Below, piece by piece: positions 23,817-33,642 of a DNA stretch of 61,801 nt (position 1 is its first letter; each line of letters starts with the position of its first letter). The stretch lies in NCBI GenBank assembly GCA_964569295.1, contig CAZMVU010000006.1:1-61801 (forward strand). Direction: 5' to 3'. The notes under the pieces were generated by a model. It was not told the origin of the DNA and did no database searches. It saw only the letters and a program-made list of their open reading frames with translations. The position numbers and the translations under genes were made by a program. This stretch comes from an uncultured Nitrospirales bacterium (GTDB taxonomy: Bacteria > Hydrogenedentota > Hydrogenedentia > Hydrogenedentales > JAGMZX01).

Positions 23817-24749
23817 ATGCACGCACCTGCACGAGAAGTCTCGGTGCTTCTCATCGACAACGATGCACATTCACGTGCAACCATACGTGAATACCTGGCC
23901 CGCGCGCATTTCGAGGTGCGCACGGCCATGACGGGCTGGGAAGCCCTCAAGCGGCTAAACGACAGCCCGGTGGACCTTGTCATCGCCTCGAGCCAAATGG
24001 AAAATGCTGACGGCGCCCCGGTGCGCGAAAAGTTTGTGATGCACCCGGAATCCCGCGAAATTCCGTTCATTTATCTCGTGGAGAAGGACCAGCCGGAATC
24101 GACTGTGAAGGCCTTGCGCGGCGGTGTGGACGACATCATCGAGCGTCCCGTGGACCCGGTTGTACTGGTGGCGCATGTGCAGGCCACCCTCGCCCGCCGC
24201 GAAGCATACCTGCGCATGGTGCGCGTCGACCCGCTGACACGTGTGCTCAACCGCCCCACCTTCCTACAGGAAATGCATGACGAACTGACCCGTGCCGCGC
24301 GCTATCAGCGGCCGGGCAGCGCCTTGTACTTGGACATGGATGACTTCGCGCACATCAACACAGAGTTCGGCTACGAGATGGGCGACCTCCTGCTCACCTG
24401 CGTGGCCGGCGTCATCCTGACAAAAGTGCGCAACAGCGATATCGCCGGCCGGCTTGCCGGCGAAAAATTCATCCTCTACCTGCCTGAGACATCCGCCGAG
24501 GGCGCGCAGCGTCTCGCGGAACGCATCCAGGAGCGCGTGGCCGCCGTGAGCGACGGCATTGTCGGAGTACAACTCGGTTTCACCAGCGTCGTCGTGGATG
24601 TGCCGGCCGGCGGATTCGAAGCAAAGGCTCTCCTGGACCAGTGCGCTGTAACCATGAAGACCGCCAAGGCCGGGCAACGCGGGGGCATCTTCATTTGTTC
24701 CGGCGCCCAGACCGAGATGGGCGATGCCCGTCCGGAATCCTCGGCATAG
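23817..24749 (+). CDS. Receiver-GGDEF protein, both domains degenerate
   Basis: REC fold with DLVIASSQM; DPLTRVLNR; RNSD I-site; AGEKF in place of GG(D/E)EF. Confidence 0.85.
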   Translation: MHAPAREVSVLLIDNDAHSRATIREYLARAHFEVRTAMTGWEALKRLNDSPVDLVIASSQMENADGAPVREKFVMHPESREIPFIYLVEKDQPESTVKALRGGVDDIIERPVDPVVLVAHVQATLARREAYLRMVRVDPLTRVLNRPTFLQEMHDELTRAARYQRPGSALYLDMDDFAHINTEFGYEMGDLLLTCVAGVILTKVRNSDIAGRLAGEKFILYLPETSAEGAQRLAERIQERVAAVSDGIVGVQLGFTSVVVDVPAGGFEAKALLDQCAVTMKTAKAGQRGGIFICSGAQTEMGDARPESSA

Positions 24750-24785
24750 CCGTGGACGCCCCGCCATTGCTGAAAAAGGAATACC

Positions 24786-25055
24786 ATGACGGCCCCACAG
24801 CCACCCGGCGCCCCCCAGTTCGAACGGGACCCGTATCCGAAGATGATCATTGCGGTCATCGTGGTCACCGTGCTGCTGTTTTTCGTCGTCATGGGACTGG
24901 TCGTGTATGACTTGGCAACGCGTGCACAAGAGGAGCCGGTGGATACCACGGCGCCCTTCATACCCGAGGACAATCCCCCGCCCGGCGCACCAATGCCGGA
25001 GAACGCGCCGGTCACGCCGCGAGAATCACCACCCGTACCGGACACCGGCGGCTGA
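24786..25055 (+). CDS. Small single-TM Pro-rich protein
   Basis: AAGGA RBS, one long hydrophobic helix, fills the gap between neighbours. Confidence 0.6.
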   Translation: MTAPQPPGAPQFERDPYPKMIIAVIVVTVLLFFVVMGLVVYDLATRAQEEPVDTTAPFIPEDNPPPGAPMPENAPVTPRESPPVPDTGG

Positions 25056-25063
25056 AGCACCCG

Positions 25064-26035
25064 CTATTCGAGGGCCATACGGGCCGCCCCCAGGGCAACG
25101 GCATAGTCGCCGAGCCGGGCGGGCACCAGTTGCACATTGTGCCGCAGCATGGGCATGGCATGCTCCTCGATACCGCGCTGGACCTCCGCCAGGTACACTG
25201 ATTCCATCGCCTCGACCAAGCCACCGCCAAGCACGACGGCCTCGGGACTGACCAGGTTGATGGCGTTCGCCACCGCAATACCCGTGTAGAAAGCGGCCTT
25301 GCGCACCACCGCCTCGACCTGCTGGTCCCCCGCCTCGATGGCTTTGGCGAGCGCACCGCTACGAATCTTGCGCAGGTCCGTACCGCAGTGCGCGCAGATG
25401 TAGGGGGCGTCGCCGCGTGCCGCCAGGGCCCCCACTTCCTTCGCAATGGCAAGCCGGGACGCAATCGCCTCGAGACAACCGCGTTTGCCACACCCGCACA
25501 GCGGGCCGTCAACCGCCAGCGTCATATGCCCAATCTCCCCTGCGGAACCGGAGAAGCCATGCAGCAGTGCGCCGTCCACAATGAGCCCCGCACCGATGCC
25601 TGTCCCCGGAAACACACCCAAGACATTCTTGCAAGTGCTGATCTCACCGAAGGCCCATTCGCCGTAAGTACCGGCATTGACATCGTTCTCGATCACCGCC
25701 GGTACATTGTAGCGCTCGCTCAGCATCTTCCCGAGGCAAAACTCTTTCCAACCGAGATTCGGCGTATCGATGACAACCCCGCGCGCACGGTCTGTAGGGC
25801 CCGGCGCACCGGCGCCAATGGCTTGCAACGCACCTTCCCCGGCAGACTCGATAGCCGTATCAATGACGCGAAAGAGCCGCTCTTCGGTGGACTCCTTCTG
25901 GTTCTTGCCGATAGTTCGCTTGCGGCAACTGCCCAGCTCTTTGAATTCATGGTCAAACACGACGGCCATCGTTTTTGTGCCGCCGATATCCAGACCGATG
26001 ACATGGTCCCCAGGGTTCAAAGCAACAACCATCAT
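25064..26035 (-). CDS. ROK family sugar kinase (glucokinase-like)
   Basis: LDIGGTK, ENDVNA, GEIGH, CGCGKRGCLE. Confidence 0.93.
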   Translation of the reverse strand: MMVVALNPGDHVIGLDIGGTKTMAVVFDHEFKELGSCRKRTIGKNQKESTEERLFRVIDTAIESAGEGALQAIGAGAPGPTDRARGVVIDTPNLGWKEFCLGKMLSERYNVPAVIENDVNAGTYGEWAFGEISTCKNVLGVFPGTGIGAGLIVDGALLHGFSGSAGEIGHMTLAVDGPLCGCGKRGCLEAIASRLAIAKEVGALAARGDAPYICAHCGTDLRKIRSGALAKAIEAGDQQVEAVVRKAAFYTGIAVANAINLVSPEAVVLGGGLVEAMESVYLAEVQRGIEEHAMPMLRHNVQLVPARLGDYAVALGAARMALE

Positions 26036-26084
26036 GGGCTCCCGTGGTTCTGTGTCGTTGTGCGCGGCAACTCGGGACGACGAT

Positions 26085-26900
26085 CTATGCCTTGTGCCAG
26101 GCTGCCTGCCAGTTATCGAATCCCTGCTTCATGTGCGGGGCGGGGTTGTCCGGATGGTTTTCGTATTCCATCACGGTCGGTCCGTTAAACCCTTGCGCTT
26201 TCAACACCTTGCAAAAACGCACGAGATCGAGATCGCCTTCACCCAGCGTTTGCTCCTTGCCTCCATGCACCCAGTCTTTGAGGTGCAACGAGATGAGGCG
26301 GTCTCCCAGAGCAGCCGCCGTTTCATCCGGCTTTTCACCCGAGCGGATGCAGTGTCCCGTGTCGAGGCAGGCGCCCACGAGCGCGCTGCGCCCCTCGACA
26401 GCATCCAAGGTATCGCTCACCTTGTCATAGCGCGCGTTTGGGCCATGGTTGTGCAGGGCAATCTTGAGTCCGAATTCCTCGCACAAGGCCTCGACGCTGT
26501 CGAAGCCCTCGGGGGCGACATCCGCGGTAAGCACCTCCACACCAAGGGCCTTGGCGAACTCGAATTTCTTGCGGTTTGCGGCAGCATCCGCACCGAAGCC
26601 CTCGACACCGTAGCAAGGCACTTTGATGCCGGATTCCGCAAGCATCGCCTTGACCTGTGGAAAGTCGGGATGGGTGGCGTCGGGCGGGAAGTGCACGGAG
26701 CAGAACTCCATGGTGTCGAGGCCGATGCTCTTCAATTGCTCAATAGCCCCTGCCAGATCGAAGTTGCGAAACGAATAGCTCTGCGCGCCAACATCAAGGC
26801 CGTTCCCGGCGGCAAAACCAAAACGCGACAGGCCGGCAGCGGCCATGGCAATGGCGGTGGTTTCAAAAAAGCGGCGGCGGGTAATGGCTTTAGACTGCAC
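26085..26900 (-). CDS. Tat-exported sugar phosphate isomerase/epimerase (AP endonuclease 2 TIM barrel)
   Basis: TRRRFF Tat motif; ALHNH, LDTGH, HLKD, MEYE. Confidence 0.88.
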   Translation of the reverse strand: MQSKAITRRRFFETTAIAMAAAGLSRFGFAAGNGLDVGAQSYSFRNFDLAGAIEQLKSIGLDTMEFCSVHFPPDATHPDFPQVKAMLAESGIKVPCYGVEGFGADAAANRKKFEFAKALGVEVLTADVAPEGFDSVEALCEEFGLKIALHNHGPNARYDKVSDTLDAVEGRSALVGACLDTGHCIRSGEKPDETAAALGDRLISLHLKDWVHGGKEQTLGEGDLDLVRFCKVLKAQGFNGPTVMEYENHPDNPAPHMKQGFDNWQAAWHKA

Positions 26901-27167
26901 GGGGTTCCCTCCTCATGGTTACATTGCGGATGATTACGGGCACTATTATAGGCGTTCGTGCAGCACGATGCACGGTCTGATTCCCCAACCCGCCAGCCCC
27001 ACCGGGATCAAAGCAAGCGCTCCCATGCCCCAACGGATCGAACCCGCAACTATTGTGGCCACTACAGCCCCTCAGACAAGGAGGGCGTCACGTACACCAT
27101 CCTTATGGCTGCCGGCCCTCACCCCCGGAAACGTGTAAAGGCACAGGCAGCCTTTGCCAACGCCGCG

Positions 27168-28427
27168 TCACTCCGCAGCCGCAGGCTTCCCTGTCCCGTT
27201 TGTGTCCTCGGCATCCGAAGTGTCATCTTCAGCGGGAGGGCTGCCGGGCTCTTCCCCCTTTTCATCATCGGACGCCTCTTCCTCGGCGTCTTCAGGCTCA
27301 CGGGCCTCGCGCTTGGCGGCGGACTTTGCTTTTCTAACCGCCTTGAGGCGCCGCTCCGTGGTGTCGATATGGGCCTGCAAACGTTTGGCCACATCGCCCC
27401 CCGCCGCGAACGCAGCGCCCATGGCGGTATCGAAAAGATCGCTCTCGGTAACATACCACCCTTTTTGGCCCGCCACCTGCATGCGCGTAACCACAAGGCG
27501 CCCAAGCGCGGCAGGTTTGTCGCTGCCGGGGACCTCGAACGCGACCTCGAACAAACGCGACTCCCCTTTATCACCGATCTCATCCGCCTCATCCGGCTCA
27601 TCCGGCTCATCCGCCTCATCCGCCTCATCTTCACTGGTCAAAGGCGTGACCTGCGGGCTGATCTCAAGCCCATCGAATACAATCCCGATGGCTTTGGCAT
27701 ACGAGCGGACTTCCTCTTGGTAGATTTCGCGGTGTTCGCGTTCGTGGCGCGCCCACGCTTTCGCCTGTTCCGCATCCGGCGCCAGCAATTCACGCATCAT
27801 GTCAATATCGAACGCCGCAAGATAGTCCACAAACGCGTTAGCGCAACGTCCTGGCTCGGACCGGGCCTCGGCCAGTGCCTTTTGCTGCTCCGCCTCGACA
27901 GCCGCGCGCCACTCGGAAGCCTGTTGTTCCTGGAGGTCTGCTGCTTTTTCCGCAATTTCAGGCTCGGCCTGTTTGGCGGCATCGAGGTAGTCGGGCAGCA
28001 GTTCGTTGCCCCAGAGATACCAGCCGCCATCGCCACGCTTGAGGGTAACCGTTTTGTTCAGGTTGAGTTTGGCGGAGGGACTGCGCACCGCCACGTCGAC
28101 AGTGGCCAGATCGTCCTCAATTTCCGGTTCGTCAAAGGTGAGGTCCGGATCGAGAGCGGCGGCCTGGGGGCCAATCAAGGCAAACATGGTAAGGACCTGC
28201 TCACGCACCTGATCATCGAATTCCTCGAATTCCCGGCGCACGTCGGCCGCAGGGTGAAACGCCGCCACCACGCCCTCGGCATTGCCCTGGCTGAGCTGTT
28301 CTATAAGGTTGCGTACGGCCTGTTCCGGGGTGGCGCTCTGGGCACCGGCAACGCCATTTGCCACCAAGAGCAATGCCAGAACAGGCAGCGCTTGGCAGCT
28401 CCACAAGTTGGGCATGCGACCTACCAT
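27168..28427 (-). CDS. Secreted acidic hypothetical protein, two NTF2-like modules suspected
   Basis: Signal peptide; two modules each ending in a GWY strand; acidic tail. Confidence 0.6.
   Translation of the reverse strand: MVGRMPNLWSCQALPVLALLLVANGVAGAQSATPEQAVRNLIEQLSQGNAEGVVAAFHPAADVRREFEEFDDQVREQVLTMFALIGPQAAALDPDLTFDEPEIEDDLATVDVAVRSPSAKLNLNKTVTLKRGDGGWYLWGNELLPDYLDAAKQAEPEIAEKAADLQEQQASEWRAAVEAEQQKALAEARSEPGRCANAFVDYLAAFDIDMMRELLAPDAEQAKAWARHEREHREIYQEEVRSYAKAIGIVFDGLEISPQVTPLTSEDEADEADEPDEPDEADEIGDKGESRLFEVAFEVPGSDKPAALGRLVVTRMQVAGQKGWYVTESDLFDTAMGAAFAAGGDVAKRLQAHIDTTERRLKAVRKAKSAAKREAREPEDAEEEASDDEKGEEPGSPPAEDDTSDAEDTNGTGKPAAAE
27579..27629. repeat. In-frame 9-bp tandem repeat CTCATCCGS, about 5.7 copies
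   Basis: Encodes DEADEADEPDEPDEADE on the minus strand. Confidence 0.9.
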
Positions 28428-28535
28428 AATTGAATATCCTCCTTCTCAACGCGCAACGGCGTCGGCTGCACCGCGTATATGTACGAACAAAACAACGCTT
28501 TCCGCGCGTACCGGGTTGGCGCAGGGCCAAAGAAT

Positions 28536-29186
28536 TTACGGCCGGGCGGCGTTTCGAATCTCGCCGATGGCCCTGCAGCGGGCGCTAATCGCCTTCCAGG
28601 CGCGGGCGGCGATGTCGTCTTTCTTGGCGATCCACGTGCCCCCAACCGCAGCAACCTCCGGCAGGGCCAGGTAGCCCGCCAGATTGTCGGCGTTTACGCC
28701 TCCTGTCGGCATGAAGCGCACACCCGTGTGCCGATAGGGCCCGGCGATCGCCTTGATCATCGCGGCGCCGCCCAGCGCCCCGGCCGGGAAAAACTTGAGC
28801 GTATAACAGCCCAAGGCGAGCCCTGCTTCGATATCCGAGGGGGTCATGATGCCCGGGATGAAGGGCAGACCCAGTTCGTTGGCACGCCGGACCACAGCCG
28901 GGTTGAGACCGGGGGCAACAGCGAATTGCGCGCCGGCGGCGTGGGCGGCTTCCAGGTTCTCGATCGTAAGCACGGTACCTGCGCCAACAAGCAACTCCGG
29001 CCGTTCGCGGGTCAGCCGTTCAATCACGGCGCCCGCCGCCTCGGTGCGGAAGGTGATCTCCGCGATAGGCAGCCCGCCGGCAATAAGTGCATCGGCCAGA
29101 GGAAGCGCGGAAGCTTCCGATTCAATGGCGATAACCGGGGCAACGGCGTATTGCTGAATCGCCGCAAACACGTCGTTCATTGGCAT
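28536..29186 (-). CDS. eda: KDPG/KHG aldolase
   Basis: EITFRT, GAGTV, PGIMTPSD, KFFPA, PTGGV; GGAGG RBS. Confidence 0.93.
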   Translation of the reverse strand: MPMNDVFAAIQQYAVAPVIAIESEASALPLADALIAGGLPIAEITFRTEAAGAVIERLTRERPELLVGAGTVLTIENLEAAHAAGAQFAVAPGLNPAVVRRANELGLPFIPGIMTPSDIEAGLALGCYTLKFFPAGALGGAAMIKAIAGPYRHTGVRFMPTGGVNADNLAGYLALPEVAAVGGTWIAKKDDIAARAWKAISARCRAIGEIRNAARP

Positions 29187-29266
29187 AGGTGCATCCTCCT
29201 GGTTCATGAGTTGCGCCTACTCTAGCATATGGCAGGGCCGCTGTGCTGCCCCGGTGCGCCCCTGCT

Positions 29267-29275
29267 TGTTATAAT
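29267..29275 (+). promoter_or_regulatory. Extended -10 element, probably driving a leaderless mRNA
   Basis: TGTTATAAT with 7 nt between it and the ATG at 29283. Confidence 0.6.
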
Positions 29276-29282
29276 GCGCCTC

Positions 29283-29873
29283 ATGAACAAACGACACCCG
29301 AAATACGTGCGCCGGCGCATCTTGACGATCCTCTACGAGTGCTACATGCATAACCCGCTCGAGATGCTGGGACCGGACATCTTCATAGATGAGCAGGGTA
29401 TGACGCGCGCGGATCTCGTGCCCAATATCCATTACCTGGCAGACCGGGGGCTCGTCGAATTGATGATCGGCTACAACCCCGCCCTCTTCGCCAGCGCGCG
29501 TATCCGGCCGGACGGCATCGACCTTGTCGAAAACCGCTACGCATTTAACCTGCGTTTTCCGCCAGCCCCGGGCGCCGAGGAAGAAGCGGTGGCAGAAGTC
29601 CCCATGCTCGTGGAAGACCTCGTGAATCAGGCGGAACTGTCGCCACTGGACGGCGAAGGCCGCCGTGCCCTTCTGCAGGACGTGGCGTTCCTGCGCGAGG
29701 AGATCGCCCGGCCTGTACACCGGTGGCGCAAGGAGGTGGTCGATACGGTGCTGGCCTGGATAGCGGCGCCATTCACCGAGCCGGCGCACATACTTCCCGC
29801 GTTGCCCAAGCTACACCACGCCCTCGATGACGCGTGGGACGAAGAGAAAACTGGTCAAGGTGAAAACTTGTAG
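29283..29873 (+). CDS. Hypothetical protein, N-terminal winged-helix-like domain
   Basis: RRRILTILY...IHYLADRGLVE...ARIRPDGIDLVE pattern, then helical C-terminus. Confidence 0.6.
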   Translation: MNKRHPKYVRRRILTILYECYMHNPLEMLGPDIFIDEQGMTRADLVPNIHYLADRGLVELMIGYNPALFASARIRPDGIDLVENRYAFNLRFPPAPGAEEEAVAEVPMLVEDLVNQAELSPLDGEGRRALLQDVAFLREEIARPVHRWRKEVVDTVLAWIAAPFTEPAHILPALPKLHHALDDAWDEEKTGQGENL

Positions 29874-29895
29874 GTCCGGCGTATCGCGGCATCGT

Positions 29896-30744
29896 TTACT
29901 GGATCTGGTCGAGAAAGAGATCGATGTTTGCGCGATTGCCGCGCAGCTCTGCCACTACCTCATCCACCTGGTTAGCGCTGAAACCGATCATTTCGGCGGC
30001 CTCAGCCGGGAACTCGGGTGCGCAGCCGTTGCTTGATTCCCCGAGTTCTGCGGGATACGTAAGATGGTTGGCGAGACTGGTGAGTGCGGCCAGCACGGGA
30101 TCGATCACCGCCTTGTGCGGGGCGTGGTGCAAGCGTATGGCCTCGACAACGGCCTCGGGCAGGTTCCAGTGTTCCGCGAGAAGGCGGCCGGCCTCCGCAT
30201 GGTCCAAGCTGAAACAGTCCTGTTCGACCTCGATAATCGGGCGCTTTTCCGTGTGCGCCTGATGGGCCGCGTCACGAAACTCCGCCGGGTAAAGCAGGTC
30301 GAATACGACTTTGCCGATATCGTGCAAGAGGGCCGCCTCGAACGCCCCCTCGCATTCAAGACAAAGACGCTCGCTCATGTAGTCGGCCGCCATCGCAGCC
30401 CCCAACGAATGACGCCACAGCTGGGTCCGGTCGAAGTCCGGATGGCCTGTCGGGAAGGTGCGAAACGCGGTGGCAGTGAGTGTGATATTACGCACCTCGA
30501 TAAAACCGAGCACCACAATGGCTTGGGGCACCGTCTTGATCTGCCGGTGAAAGCCGTAGTACGCCGAATTAACCAGCCGGAGCAAGGTTGCCGAAAGGCT
30601 CTGGTCCGCTGCAATGTGCTCGCCCAAGTCCAGGGCGGAAGAGTTTGGGTCGGCCGCCGTATGCAGAATCTTGCCCAATACAGCTGGCAAGGTGGGCAGA
30701 TCATGGATTCTGGCGATAGCGTCGCGCGGGTTTGGGTGTTCCAC
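29896..30744 (-). CDS. Stand-alone HDOD domain protein
   Basis: LPTLP, LLRLVNSAYYG, LWRHS, LLHDIGK, W.LP..VVEAIRLHH. Confidence 0.92.
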   Translation of the reverse strand: MEHPNPRDAIARIHDLPTLPAVLGKILHTAADPNSSALDLGEHIAADQSLSATLLRLVNSAYYGFHRQIKTVPQAIVVLGFIEVRNITLTATAFRTFPTGHPDFDRTQLWRHSLGAAMAADYMSERLCLECEGAFEAALLHDIGKVVFDLLYPAEFRDAAHQAHTEKRPIIEVEQDCFSLDHAEAGRLLAEHWNLPEAVVEAIRLHHAPHKAVIDPVLAALTSLANHLTYPAELGESSNGCAPEFPAEAAEMIGFSANQVDEVVAELRGNRANIDLFLDQIQ

Positions 30745-30905
30745 GATGACGGGAATCTCCTCTCATTGCGCATGTGTTTTTCACACGAACAGCCGGGCGG
30801 TCCACACGGGCCCTGTCCGTGGGAAATGATACGCTAACCCCCAGCCCCACGCAAACAGCGAGAATACGGGAAACAGATGCGAAAACAGAAAGGAGACATG
30901 TTGCC

Positions 30906-31388
30906 ATGACGGAAAATGCTGCAATGCCGGCGGCCGGCACGAAAGCCCCCGACTTCACCCTTCCAGACGGCCAGGGAAAGCCGGTGCACTTGAAGGGACT
31001 GAAAGGCAAGCCCGTGGTCGTGTATTTCTACCCGAAGGACAACACCCCTGGATGCACCACCGAGGCCACGGGGTTCCAGGCCAACATGGATGCGTTCAGG
31101 CAGCGCGGCGCCGTGGTACTGGGAATAAGCCCGGACAACGCGGCATCGCACTGCAAGTTCGCAGACAAGTATGGCATCGAGTTTCAGTTACTGGCAGATG
31201 AGCACCACCAAGCCGCGGAAAAGTACGGGGTATGGGTTGAGAAAAACCGCGCAGGGAAAACATACATGGGTATTCAACGCGCCACCTTCCTCATCGATCC
31301 CGCGGGCAAGGTCGCCGCGGTGTGGCCCAAGGTAAAGCCTGACGGTCATGCGCAGGACGTCCTCGAGCAGCTCGACGCGCTCAGGTGA
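30906..31388 (+). CDS. bcp: Thioredoxin-dependent peroxiredoxin Bcp
   Basis: APDFTL, YFYPKDNTPGCT, RATFLID; AGGAG RBS. Confidence 0.93.
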   Translation: MTENAAMPAAGTKAPDFTLPDGQGKPVHLKGLKGKPVVVYFYPKDNTPGCTTEATGFQANMDAFRQRGAVVLGISPDNAASHCKFADKYGIEFQLLADEHHQAAEKYGVWVEKNRAGKTYMGIQRATFLIDPAGKVAAVWPKVKPDGHAQDVLEQLDALR

Positions 31389-31599
31389 CGCGCCTGCCCG
31401 GGTCAAGACGGCGCATTCCGATTCCGGGGAGCAACGATACCGTTTGCGTCTGGCAGAAGGTGCGGCTATCATCGCCATGCAAAAAGACGTGGTAACCGGC
31501 GGGGGGACGCCCGGAGCCAGGGTTGCGCCATGAGGCCTGGAGCCCGGTTGGGCAATTGCATTTCAAAAACCGGCTTTCACAGCAGCGAGGGTAGTCGCA

Positions 31600-32556
31600 T
31601 TGGGTGAGTTCCGCCAGGCAATCAAAGACATGGTGGCAAATATCGAGCAGGTGGTGCTCGACAAGCCGCAAGTCGTACGGTCGGCCCTTGCCGCCTTCCT
31701 GGCGGGAGGACACGTGCTCCTCGAGGACGTCCCGGGCGTCGCCAAGACCATGCTTGTGCGGGCACTCGCCATATCGAGCGGATGCACCTTCGTGCGGATT
31801 CAGTGTACGCCAGACTTGCTTCCGACGGACGTCACGGGTGTGTCGATATACAACCAGAAGACCCAGGAATTCGAGTTTCGACGGGGACCGGTGTTCACGC
31901 AGATCATCGTGGCTGATGAAGTCAACCGCGCCACCCCGCGCACACAGTCGGCCTTGCTCGAAGCCATGGGCGAAAACCAGGTGTCCGTGGATGGACAGAC
32001 CTACCCCCTTGCTCCGCCTTTCACCGTGTTCGCAACCCAGAACCCGGTCGAGCACGAGGGCACATTCCCTTTGCCCGAGGCGCAGCTCGACCGCTTTATG
32101 ATGCGGCTCTCGGTGGGGTACCCGAGTGTGCTGGCAGAACTCGAAATCCTCGAGCGCACGCGGCTGGGCCACCCGATTCAGGCCATTGAATCCGTATGCA
32201 CGCCGGCGATGATTGTGCGCATGCAGGCCTCGGTACGCGAAATCTTCGTACACGAAAAGATCCGGGACTACCTGGTAAGGATCGTCCAACGCACACGCGA
32301 CTCGACCCATCTCACCCTTGGCGCCAGTCCACGCGCCTCGATGATGCTTTTTCGTGCCGCTCAGGCCTTTGCGGCTGTGCAAGGGCGCAGCTACGTTATC
32401 CCGGACGATATCAAGGGCCTGGCCGCGCCCGTGCTGCAACACCGGGTCATTCTCAACCCGGAGAGCCGGCTGCGCCGTGTAACTCCGGAACGGGTGCTCT
32501 ATGATATACTTGAAGAGGTTGCCGTCCCGGCAGGCCAGCGCAGCTGGCGCGGTTGA
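31600..32556 (+). CDS. MoxR family AAA+ ATPase
   Basis: LLEDVPGVAKT, DLLPTDVTG, DEVNRATPRTQSALLE, TQNPVEHEGTFPLPEAQLDRF. Confidence 0.95.
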   Translation: MGEFRQAIKDMVANIEQVVLDKPQVVRSALAAFLAGGHVLLEDVPGVAKTMLVRALAISSGCTFVRIQCTPDLLPTDVTGVSIYNQKTQEFEFRRGPVFTQIIVADEVNRATPRTQSALLEAMGENQVSVDGQTYPLAPPFTVFATQNPVEHEGTFPLPEAQLDRFMMRLSVGYPSVLAELEILERTRLGHPIQAIESVCTPAMIVRMQASVREIFVHEKIRDYLVRIVQRTRDSTHLTLGASPRASMMLFRAAQAFAAVQGRSYVIPDDIKGLAAPVLQHRVILNPESRLRRVTPERVLYDILEEVAVPAGQRSWRG

Positions 32557-32690
32557 CGGTCCCCAGGCGCCCCCCGGCAAATGCGCTGGCTGAGTGGGCC
32601 TCCCTTGAACTTTCAGCGCAAATATGGCATAGATAATGTAGTCTATGCACAAGGCCGTACGACATGTTGTTGTCGGCCCCGGGGTTAGCC

Positions 32691-33638
32691 ATGCTTTCGC
32701 TCTTTAAGAAAAACAAATCTGCCGGCAATCTGCAAGAGGAGAACGCGCCGGATGACGGCACGCTCGCGCATCACGGCGATTCGCAATTCGAGTTGTCCCA
32801 CGTGGGCCCCTATGAAATCGTGGCGCCTATCGGAAGCGGCGGCATGGGGACCGTGTACAAGGCCATCGACCGATCGCGGGACCTCACTATTGCCATCAAA
32901 GTCCTGGACACGCGCTACGACTTGGACAAGCAGCGGCGGCGGCGCGACTATCTGGGCCGGGAAATCCAAATCGCGGCCTCGCTGGATCACCCGAACATCA
33001 TCAAGATGCACAAGGAGATTGTGATCCAAACGGATCGCCTCGGGCGCAAGCGACGCTGCCTGCTCATGGAATATATCGACGGGCACAACCTCAAAAAGCA
33101 CATCAATGATCGTGACCTCACAATCCAACAAATGATCAGCATCATCACGGAATTGTGCCGGGGCCTCGATTTCCTGCACCAGAACCACATCGTCCACCGC
33201 GACATCAAGCCAGCCAACTTCCTCTTTTCCCGGGACGGGAAGAAAGTGAAGATTGTGGACTTCGGGCTATCGAAGTCAACAGCGACCTGGCGCATGCGCT
33301 GGCAGAAAGAAACCGGCGGCACGCGCATCTACATGTCACCTGAGCAACTCGCCAAGAAGAAGCTGGATGTGCGATCGGACATCTTCTCCTTAGGTGTCAC
33401 CATGTACGAGCTGTTCGCAGGCCAGCACCCATGCGGAGGCAAAGATGCACGTGAAATCCAGCGCCAGTTGCGTGACCCGCGCTACCGGTTCGATCCGCCG
33501 AGTAAGTTAAACAAGAATGTCACGCAAGGGCTGGACAAAGTGATTCTCAAGGCCCTGCGCCGCAAGCCGGAACACCGGTATCAGTCGGTTACGGAATTGT
33601 TGCTCGATCTCTCACGCAGCACAGAATCACGGATTTAG
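32691..33638 (+). CDS. Soluble Hanks-type Ser/Thr protein kinase
   Basis: GSGGMGTVYK, AIK, HRDIKPAN, DFG, YMSPE; no TM or sensor domain. Confidence 0.93.
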   Translation: MLSLFKKNKSAGNLQEENAPDDGTLAHHGDSQFELSHVGPYEIVAPIGSGGMGTVYKAIDRSRDLTIAIKVLDTRYDLDKQRRRRDYLGREIQIAASLDHPNIIKMHKEIVIQTDRLGRKRRCLLMEYIDGHNLKKHINDRDLTIQQMISIITELCRGLDFLHQNHIVHRDIKPANFLFSRDGKKVKIVDFGLSKSTATWRMRWQKETGGTRIYMSPEQLAKKKLDVRSDIFSLGVTMYELFAGQHPCGGKDAREIQRQLRDPRYRFDPPSKLNKNVTQGLDKVILKALRRKPEHRYQSVTELLLDLSRSTESRI

Positions 33639-33642
33639 GGCA

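Noticed and set aside
32626..32641. Sigma54-like TGGCATAGATAATGTA upstream of the kinase
   Set aside because: -12 element lacks the conserved GC
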